A stretch of 64,000 nt of DNA from Phallusia mammillata (Eukaryota). The notes beneath the pieces were generated by a model that was not told the origin of the DNA, did not search any database, and was given only the letters and a program-made list of their open reading frames with translations. Positions 54,736 to 64,000 of the stretch are shown here, one piece after another (the first letter of the stretch is position 1; every line of letters begins with the position of its first letter). Made by a program: the position numbers and the translations under genes. Location of the stretch: assembly GCA_965637545.1 (NCBI GenBank), contig OZ281494.1, positions 28,644,001-28,708,000 of the forward strand, given 5' to 3'.

Positions 54736-55213
54736 TAGAGATGTACCGAATATTCGGTTTGCCGAATTTATTCGGCCGAATCGGCCACTTTTGCAAAGAT
54801 TCGGTTTCGGCCGAATTATTTGTTGCGATTCGGCCGAAACCGAATCTTTTACGAACACCCATTTAAAGCGTTAAACGTGTCATTTCTGCTTAGTACCAAC
54901 GGAAATCACGTCTATCATTATATTTTTTAACATACCGACACTTTTCCCACTGCAGACAAAAAAAAATCAGTATTCATTGTCGGATTGGCAATCATGCTTG
55001 CGGCGAACCCCACATAACGAAAATAAGGACGAAACACAACCATTCTGTACTAATTGTCTGGTAGATAAACTTCTGTTTTCATGTCAAACGTGTAGATTAC
55101 GACTTTGCGTGACGTCATAAATGATTCGGTTGATTCGGCCGAATTTATTCGGCAAAACCGCCGAATATTCGGTTTCGGCCGAATCGAAATTTTGCCGATT
55201 CGGTACATCACTA
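54736..55213. mobile_element. hAT-type MITE with TAG(A/T)GATG ends
   Basis: TAGAGATGTACCGAA / TTCGGTACATCACTA; multiple TTCGGCCGAA subterminal palindromes; TSD GTTTAAAC / GTATAAAC (7/8). Confidence 0.85.
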
Positions 55214-56290
55214 GTATAAACCAAAAAATCAAACTTTTGTCCGACATAATAAGAAAACAACATTAACTAAACCTGTAAAAACAGCCTTCATCGGTCTGCC
55301 GTGGCTTATCACCATGACGCTTACACCTCTCCCTCCTTGGGACGTTCCATGATCATGAATTGCAACATAATTCTTCCATATTTGTCTTGAGTTTATTTCG
55401 CTTGTTTATTTTACAGTACTGCAATGGAAACAACTATTTGCTGAAACATTTGACAACAATGATAGCATTTGGTGCGTTAGCTTAAAATGTGTCACCCGGA
55501 ATATCATGATAATGTTGAACAGATTGATAGCAAATGTATCCAAGACAGTTTTCAATTTTATTTACCCCTTTAACACACCTGTAGGTTTTAAATTTAAAGC
55601 ACAACCTGAAGGTGGTATACTTTAAGCAAAAAAACTGACATACCGTGGGACACAAAAAGCATGGCACCAGATTTAGAGTGTGAGATAGTATTAATTCCTC
55701 CCTTCAATGTTTTTTCTGGTTCAACCCTGCATGTTGTCAAAGCAAGCCAACATGCAATAAAGCAAGAGTATTATCATACGAGGTTTTCTGTAAGAAATAA
55801 CAAACAAATATATTGAAACACTAGTTTCATATGACAACTAGAATTGGCAGCTGAATGTCAAACAAGATTAAAACACAGGAAAATGTAAACTTCAGCCTAA
55901 CATGGTCAACATGGTAGCAAAAGGGTGATTAAACACAATTGTAAATGTTACTTTTAGATTGTGACAGTATGCCTCACTGACTTGTGACACTTTTACTGCA
56001 ACTTGTTGACATTAAAGTGTGTAGTTTACTTAGTTTGTACTTACCAAAAGTTTGGTCACCACAGTTAGGCTTTTAATTTACACATAATATTTGGGTCAAC
56101 ACAAGAACTAAATTTTAAAGCTATCAATTCCCCACAAAAAGCTAAAATAATCACCATTACAATTACAAAAAGCACTATCAGAAAAGTTGGACTTTTACCA
56201 TCACACACACACAACCTTAGTGTTCCCACCTAAACAAACAATTAAACAAAATACAACAGCATTACACTGGCAACAGTCTATGAACTAGAC

Positions 56291-56578
56291 CAGTGGTTCT
56301 CAACCTGGGAAACACCCACTAAAAATCAGTGAGTCATTTTGTTTTATAATGTGCAGAATTGAGAGTGTGCTATCCATATTGAGGTTTGTCAGCATCACAG
56401 TTTGTTGTTACTCTTTTCGATTTGATTAAAGCCAAAACTAATACCGAATTTCAACACAAGTTTGCCATTTACATTTTTCGCAGGAAGCCACAGATCTTAC
56501 ATTGTTATTTAAAGGGGGCCACAAGGCCTAAAATATACTTTTATGGGGGCATGGTCCTTAAAAGGTTGAGAGCCACTG
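56291..56578. mobile_element. hAT MITE
   Basis: CAGTGGTTCTCAACC / GGTTGAGAGCCACTG; TSD AACTAGAC / AACTAAAC (7/8). Confidence 0.85.
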
Positions 56579-57528
56579 AACTAAACAATGAAATTAGCAT
56601 GATTGAAAACTAATCCCTATAAGTTTTGTTTTGTATGAAGTATGACTAAGACAGCAAAGCATTGCAAATAATACACATTTAGTTATTAGGCAGCTTTAGG
56701 TTTACTAGGCAGTTGAATTACAAAGTATTTTTTCACATTCTTGTAAAATGAGGGTAAACTATGGAAGTAGTAAACACATTGCTGATTTAAATTGTCAAAT
56801 TGTTATATTGCAATGATTTTAAACCCTTGTTATCGATTAAACAAATAGTACTTGTAGAATAACAGTCACTGGTTCCGAATTCCAAAGGACATGACATGGA
56901 TTTTCGTTCTGGTTGGCGCCATCTTATGAAAGGTGTGACTACTGTACTAGTGCAAAACAGTTTATGCTACTTGTGGTCAAAGAAGCCAAAAAAGTTAAAG
57001 AACACCCATACCATGCGGTTTACTCATAGCAACACATTACAGTTACCTGCAATGTTTATCAACTTCTTAGTAAATGTGATCTTTTGTCTCGATTTCCAGA
57101 CGGGTTTCCCGCTGCTCGAATACGCAATTGGCAGACAATTTAACCACGTGACTTGATCGGCTAATCGCGTCCGCACCGGCGTGACCAGTGAACCATGTAA
57201 ACAGTTTTTAATATTTATTTAATGAATTTAATGCTATTGTATAACTATTCTGGGCACCAAGGATTTATAAACACCTTACATATATGTTTCTATTTTTATG
57301 TAACAACAAGAAATATACGAAACAAACACAGGGTAGTTGTGCCCAAAAATTATCACAATGTTAGTTAAGCGTGACTGTGCATTAGAGCGTGATTGTTTGT
57401 AAACTTTGCAAACGCGGAAGCTAAATTCTTTTTAAAACTTTTGCACTAATTGCACCTTTCTTTGTTTAATAGGAAAGCTTATTCATTTTTTACTTGATGA
57501 GCAAATTGATGCTTAGAATTCAAAAGTA

Positions 57529-58401
57529 ATGAGGGTTACGGGCTCACCAAACTTATTTTCTACATGTGAAGATACATATTACCGGCGCCTGATTTCAAAA
57601 GAAAACATAATTGCAGGTGCATGCGGAATGATCACATTTCCAGCGACATTGGGCATTTTTCAACACGTGCTTTGGAAGCCTTTGAAAGTTGCAGCACACA
57701 GTAAACTTTCACCAGTTTGTGGCCTTTTGTCCGTTGGAACAAGTGCTCTTTTATCTTGCTTTATGGTTTCCACTGTTCATGATGCATTTCTTGGTGTTTT
57801 TCCTATGGTAAGCTTGACAAATCAGGATGCAGTTACATTCACATTATTGTCACTAACTCAGTATTACATGTTCTCAAAAAGTTTTTCAAGAACTCTTCCA
57901 AGTCATGTTTTAAAACCAGGAGCATTCGCAAACAAGTTTATTGAGCTTGTAGACTATGATGTAAAGGTAACAAAATCTCAGAAATGCCAAATTCAGTACA
58001 TTGGTAGATCGCATGGCTGCCATACATGCGGTAAAATTTATTCACCATTTTATAGTGTGTACAAGATTACTTTGGCAAAATTAAATCCTGAAATGTTTAA
58101 AACAAGAGCTCTGTATTATGCTGATCATTCCCCACCCATGGCACTAGCCTATGCAAAGGGTAAAGGCAAAGCCAAAGGAGTACTTTATCCTCAATGCCAA
58201 TCATGCTCTAACCTTCAGTCTTCATGTGTTCGCACTGTACTTAAATCTACTTTAATAAAACTGCCAGCCCAAGGATTTGTCACACACTTTTTTCGTTTTA
58301 AACTTTGGAAAATATGGCTACCATGGCCACTGATCGTGTCTTCTGATTCCATTCTTCAATTGGGTGCAGATTGTGTGCAATTTGTCATTGACAGGTTATA
58401 G
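57529..58401 (+). CDS. Intronless 290-aa protein: N-terminal hydrophobic helices plus C-terminal Zn-binding His-Me finger (HNH-like) nuclease domain
   Basis: Longest ORF in the ORF track. GC164HTC167G ... AD199H200SPP ... LYPQC223QSC226SNLQ; hydrophobic segments about 27-48, 61-83, 101-115; AATAAA near 58550. Confidence 0.8.
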   Translation: MRVTGSPNLFSTCEDTYYRRLISKENIIAGACGMITFPATLGIFQHVLWKPLKVAAHSKLSPVCGLLSVGTSALLSCFMVSTVHDAFLGVFPMVSLTNQDAVTFTLLSLTQYYMFSKSFSRTLPSHVLKPGAFANKFIELVDYDVKVTKSQKCQIQYIGRSHGCHTCGKIYSPFYSVYKITLAKLNPEMFKTRALYYADHSPPMALAYAKGKGKAKGVLYPQCQSCSNLQSSCVRTVLKSTLIKLPAQGFVTHFFRFKLWKIWLPWPLIVSSDSILQLGADCVQFVIDRL

Positions 58402-58703
58402 AACATTGTCTTTGTTTTATGTGTATGATATTTTATGAATCATGGTAGTGCCTAGTGGGACATATTTCACTGTGCAAATTTATGCATTCCTTTTTTCAAT
58501 CTTTCTTTATGTTCTTTGCAAAGTATAAGAAATATTTATTCAGTGACGAAATAAATATATAACACCTCAATACATTAATTTTTGAAGATAGGATGTGTTC
58601 ACAGTGTTGCAATTGCAAACAAAGTGTATAAAGAATGCAGGTAAAATCTTACATAAGGATGTAGAAATTATATAATGATCAATTGACAAAATGGATAACA
58701 CCA

Positions 58704-61700
58704 CTAAATTGATGCAGGGGTTTGTGCACGGTCAGTTTCGGTGTTACTTGATGTTCCATAAATCAACTCAGATATTTTTGGGCCAGTGCTTTGGATGAAC
58801 TGACTGTAACAAAGTGGTGAACAGGCTTGGAATATGAATGGCATCCGCTTTATGCCCCAGATTTCACTGCATGGACGAATGATTCTTAGTCCAGGTCCAT
58901 ACATCTCCTGACCACAGCAATCACAATATGTGAAACTGGAAGAAGAAAAAAACATTTTTTTATGTTGTGATGTCAGAAATTGTTGACCATAGTAATGTTT
59001 AGACAAGAACTGATTTTTAAACCAACAATAACACTGTTAGAACTCATGGAAAATGTACTGGATTTGTATGAAAATGGAACTACAGTTTAAGTACTCCATT
59101 ATGGTCAAATTTCCTTAACTCCAAAAAGGTAGCTAGATTCGTAGGACAAGCAAAGAGTTTGTTTAGATATTTATTGTCGACTTGCTGAAAAGGAAAATTG
59201 GCCTCTTAAAGTTGTGTGTTAAAACACCTACTTTTGCAGGGTAACAATGACTTTTTCAGGAAATTGTCCATAGTTTTCAGGCACATCTTGAATGTAGTTA
59301 CGTTGAAGTGACAAGCAACACAGATCAGATAGGCGTTGTGGGTCATTCTTGGAATTTTCTCTCCAAAACAGGGGACTCATAAAGTTGTTTCGAAATCTCA
59401 TTCGAAACAGGTTTAATCGCAGAAGACCACATGGTAAACCTGGTAGTTCATTTCCCTCAACATTAAGAAACCTGTGTAAGATGAAGATTGCTTTACATAT
59501 CCCTACCAACATGTTCAACCATTTATATAAACTTTCAATACATTCCCGTTTTGTGCAAAAAAAAATGTGAAAAAAAAACTTGCCTTAAATTTTCCAACTT
59601 TTGAATTTCATTTGGTAAAAATGTCAACTTATTGTAAGACAAATCTAAAAACTCCAAACTCTTCAATGAAAACAACGATATTGGTAAAGCAGATAAACAA
59701 CAGAAGGAGAGGATCAAGGTTCTTAGTCTGTGAAGTCTGGACAAACAAAAAACAATTTCTTTAGTCACTCAAATTAGTTTAAATGCAAAAAGTAGTAGAT
59801 ACCTTTGTAACAAGAACAAACGTTTCAACTTGGACATTCGTTTAAAATATTCATAATTTTAATATTTTTCAAAAAAGATTGATAAATACAAAGTTAACTG
59901 GTCAGAATTAAAACTTTGCTAATAGAATGCATGGAATGTTTAAACTGTATTTCTTGTCTTTAGCTCTGAAAATTAATGACGCAATGTAATTTATTACTAT
60001 ATATCTGTCAACAAAAACACAACGATTAAAAATATTGTACCAACAGTACCTGCTTATGTCAGCTGGAATGTCACGTAGTGGATTGTCTCGTAACTTTAAA
60101 ACATGCAGATCTCTACAGAACAAGATCTCTTGTGGAAAATCCGAAAATTCATTGAAAGACAAATTGAGATAAACCAAAGAGTGTGCGAGGGGATGCAAGT
60201 CTGGGAGACTGGATATAAAGTGAGCCTGTAACACAGAGCATTGTGCATAAATTGTAAAACTACCAGTTGAATTCTTTAAAAAAACAAATTCATGAAGTGT
60301 AGTAGTTATAAATACTGTTTCAATTAAAATAATGTGGTAAAAACCAGGGCTTGAAGTTAGTAAAAATTTTAAAGGCCTTCTGATTGTCAATAGGAAAAGA
60401 AAATGTTCCCTCTCAAACATGCTTGATTTACTGTTATTTTTTGACATGCTGATGGGCATAAAAGTTCATAACATTGGTCTATATTAATAGTGGTAAATAA
60501 AACTGAACAAAAATCATAAATGACTTGTGATTTTTTTAAATTTCTCCCCAGCCCTGGTAAAAACTAGTGATGCACCGAAGTTTTGGTTGGCCAAAACATT
60601 TTGACCGAATAATCTGTTTTCCGATGTTTCAGTTTCGGCCCGAACTTTTTAAAAAATCAGGCCAAAACCAAACTTTTTGATTGCATGGAATTATTACCTA
60701 AATTTTTATTTTCGCCAATGCGAAACATCATAAACTAACTATTTGTTGTATATATAAAATACGAGCCACGCTGTCTGCAAAATTTTACAAGTTTAGTAAA
60801 GCTTCTGCATTGTAAATGTGATTTTGGTTTGTCATAATTGAGTTCACTTGCATCAACAACACAAGGTTCAGCTGAAATCATCTATAAGAACATGATTTTA
60901 GATTTGGCCTCAAGGCCGAATATTCGGTTTCGGCCTGAACCTTTTTAGGCAGGTTCGGTGCATCACTATTAAATGCCACAGACAGTTTAATACTAGTTAA
61001 AATGTAAAATCATACCCACCTTCAAACTTAGAACAAATCCACCTTCCATAAGGCAAATTAGTATTGCTAGTTCTGCTGGAGTTATAATGGAATCTGAGGG
61101 CTCATCTTCGAATGGTGACCCAGAGCGTTTTGCTCCTTGGAAAATTTTCTCTGTTGCTTTTGTGAAAATGCACATTTGTGACTTTACCCCAATTCCTTCA
61201 GAGTCTGAGCATAATTATATATTTTTAAACTGATGTTAAGTTTTGGTATTGTGTAATATCTATTACCTCCCATTTCATGTATTTCATCTAATACGTCTTC
61301 TAGTTGGTCACTGGTTCCAAGACGACTTGGAGAAGTCAAACCGAGCTCCTCCAAACGTTCTTGTATCACTTTCTTCATTTCTAAAACAATATTTTTGTCT
61401 TATTTCACCTACATCCATTATGTCTCAAATAGGCACCCTTTAATAAGTTTTTCAAAAATTGTTTTAGTCTTGTGATATTATTACCTAGGAGCACCTGTCT
61501 CCTTGGGACACGCTTTTGTTTGGGTTCAATTTCAGATTGTTCAGCTAGGTCAACTTTTGAAACTGAAACTGGTCCATCAGAATCTTTTGCTTTGCTTACT
61601 TGCAATAATCTACAAAAGTACAAAACTGTTTCCAACTGATTGATAAAGTATTTTTTGCTAAACTTACTTTGTTAGTTTTACATAGTTTGCTTTGGAGAGT

Positions 61701-62995
61701 ATAGCTTTTCTAATCATGGGTCGTGGTGCAATAGCTTGGTGATTATGCTGCAAAAAATCATCTAGTCTAAAAATGAGGAAAAAAACATTGTAATGTTTTG
61801 ATTTAATCTAAATAAAAAGCAGAATATTTTTTTGCCTGAAATCTGGTTCTTGGTAATACAAAGAATCATCTGGGAGAATATATTCACGCAAAACTTCTGA
61901 TGGACGTTTTGGTTCTCGCACAGGAAAGGGATCAGGCCCTCTTGGTTTGTAAGGCACAATTAAGTTTTTCTTTATTGGCACAGGATCAACTATAATCAAA
62001 TAAGGGCAAATTTGAATGCATCAGTGAAATTGGTTGCTGTTTTTACACAGGTAATGATTAATTTTAATTCCCTGGTCCATTATGAAACTTTCGGCAAAAA
62101 ACAAACACATTTATTGTTTTACCACTGCTGTAAAATCTATCTCAAATATGTATATGCTGTTTGTTTACATATCGTAACATGGTGTTTTTATATTCTATTC
62201 AATATAAAGAATACCAGTAGGGCCAATAAATTAGTGGGTTGGCTGGAAAAACAACACTCAGTTAACAAATCGCAAATACAACGCCAAATGACCTGACTTT
62301 GTATAGAAGCTATCTGACATTTTTTTTAATACATTTAGTGTTAGGAAATGTTTGTCTTGTCTTATTGTTAAAAACTTAACTGTGCAAGAAAAATGCAAAC
62401 TTATTTTTTTTCCAAAGTAAGTAATATGAAAGCCATTTAATTGTTCACTCAATATATTTACTGAAATCATCAGAGTTCATTGGGTAGGTAATCATCTGCT
62501 TGGCTTGATATTTGGGTTGATGATTAGATTTTGCAACTGGTAGGAAGTCTGACTGCATAGTAGGAACTGGTGATTGCATTCCATCTTGCAGTTGCGAGCT
62601 TGGAATCATTTGCAGCTCAGGTGAAGCATCTAACATGAAAATGTATTCGTTAGATGACAAAATGAAATTGTGTACATGGGCAGCAAATTGTCTACAGATA
62701 TACATGTTTCCTGTTACCTGAATTTTGTAAATAAGCATTTTATTCCCAGATAGAAATAGCTTTATACCAAAAAAACAACGTTTTCATCTGAATACATAAA
62801 GTATCTTTAGGCAAAAAATAAAGTATTGTAAAAATTGATCCGAAAGGATTGGTGATACTTGATTTCGAAACATACAAATTTTACATAAAACTTACGCAGC
62901 CTTGAGGAACAATTACTTGCGATGGGGGGCAAAAGTGGTCTGTTTGAAGGTTTGGGTGGTCGCGGGCGTCGAAGTAATACACCTTTAGAAGACAT
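58704..62995 (-). CDS. LRRC63: Leucine-rich repeat-containing protein 63-like
   Basis: N-terminus LLRRPRPPK; ELAILICLMEGGFVLSLK|AHFISSLPDLHPLAHSLVYLNLSFN...LKLRDNPLRDIP; LDLSYNKLTFLPNEIQKL; C-terminal CDCCGQEMYGPGLRIIRPC...CSPLCY. About 10 exons, not all mapped precisely. Confidence 0.85.
60565..60968. mobile_element. hAT-type MITE (TAGTGATG ends) in an LRRC63 intron
   Basis: TAGTGATGCACCGAA / TTCGGTGCATCACTA; TSD not conserved. Confidence 0.75.
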
Positions 62996-63489
62996 CGTTT
63001 GCCTGGTTTTGAATCAACAACACGGCCAAATTCTACATTCCAACAAACGATCTTAATCAAGTCAAAACATAATCGATTCTCATATTTCACATAATTGACC
63101 GATTTGGCTTCATTAGCTCCGTGGTTGCTAAAGATCTTGTTTTCTGGTATCCGCTACGCCTCTTGGTGTCGCAATAAAATTTTAGTTTCAATTTTTTATT
63201 GGTAACAAGGTATTATTTTTGTTAAAAAGTTCTATGTAAAGTATAATGTTTACATTTTGAAGCATTATTAGCTTTCAATGGCTAAGATGTAAGCTTCAAC
63301 TCAACTCGTCATGTACGGTAAATGTTAAAAAAACGTTTGCAGTCATGCATGCAAAAAGCAGTCATGCATGCATTTGTTACGTTGTTGACAGCAGTTGTGT
63401 TGGCAAAAAGAATGAAACGCTTGATTTTCTACACTTTTTTACGGTAATTCTACTCGTTTTTGTGGTAAATTTCTGTATAAGCGTTAACA
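62996..63489. promoter_or_regulatory. Probable bidirectional promoter between LRRC63 and PMS1
   Basis: Divergent ATGs 494 bp apart. Confidence 0.55.
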
Positions 63490-64000
63490 ATGAACAAACT
63501 TGGCAATGAAACAGTCAGGTTAATATCAAGCACACAAGTTATTACAAGTGTAAGCAGTGCTGTAAAGGAAGTAGTGGAAAATTGTTTAGATGCTGGCGCT
63601 ACAAACGTCGACGTTAAGTTGGAAGATTTTGGGTTGGAAAAGATTGAAGTACGTGATAATGGTTGTGGCATAAAGGTTTGTGATGTACCTTATGCTGGTC
63701 AAAGACATTACACATCCAAGATACAGACACATGATGATCTGCAATTGCTTACGACTTACGGATTTAGAGGGGAAGCCTTAGGTTCACTTTGCGAACTTGG
63801 TGATGTTACAATTTGCACCAGAACTAAAGATGAACTGCATAGTACACTGTACACACTTAGTTCAAGTGGAATAATAACAGGCACCAAACCATCTCATGCA
63901 CCTGTTGGTACTACAGTCATAGTTAAACACCTTTTCAAAAACTTGCCAGTGAGAAAACAGTTTTATAATTCAACCAAAAAGAAAAAGGAGCAACTCAAAC
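63490..64000 (+). CDS. PMS1: PMS1 (MutL family) N-terminal GHKL ATPase domain, truncated by the window end
   Basis: [38 protein letters not shown]...IEVRDNGCG...[13 protein letters not shown]...GTTV...[12 protein letters not shown]; open to 64000. Confidence 0.92.
   Translation, partial: MNKLGNETVRLISSTQVITSVSSAVKEVVENCLDAGATNVDVKLEDFGLEKIEVRDNGCGIKVCDVPYAGQRHYTSKIQTHDDLQLLTTYGFRGEALGSLCELGDVTICTRTKDELHSTLYTLSSSGIITGTKPSHAPVGTTVIVKHLFKNLPVRKQFYNSTKKKKEQLK

Noticed and set aside
57529-58401. Bacterial contamination or prokaryotic operon
   Set aside because: Same AT-rich composition as the flanks, eukaryotic polyA signal, a candidate splice acceptor about 57 nt upstream of the ATG, and contiguity with the intron-rich LRRC63 gene.

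Overview
AT-rich animal genomic DNA with compact GT-AG introns. The gene set and GnRH-receptor structure suggest an ascidian (tunicate); this is inference. Supported genes: SNX14 (minus, 3514-13201, about 25 exons); a secreted neurotrophin/Spaetzle-like precursor (minus, 18481-22722); an atypical GnRH-receptor-like GPCR (minus, about 36800-41913); an intronless membrane-anchored His-Me finger (HNH-type) nuclease-like ORF (plus, 57529-58401); LRRC63 (minus, 58704-62995); and the 5' end of PMS1 (plus, 63490 to window end), head-to-head with LRRC63. Mobile DNA includes a P-superfamily (Galileo-like) element with a THAP remnant, 7-bp TSD and CTCF-like motifs in its TIRs; many hAT MITEs, including a three-level nest; a very short tRNA-like SINE with 14-bp TSDs; and an EnSpm/CACTA-type element inserted in a 4-copy 1.66-kb tandem array. 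The most interesting candidates are the NGF-fold ligand that has lost one complete disulfide pair and the toxin-like HNH nuclease with transmembrane helices. All family assignments come from motif recognition by eye; no database search was run.
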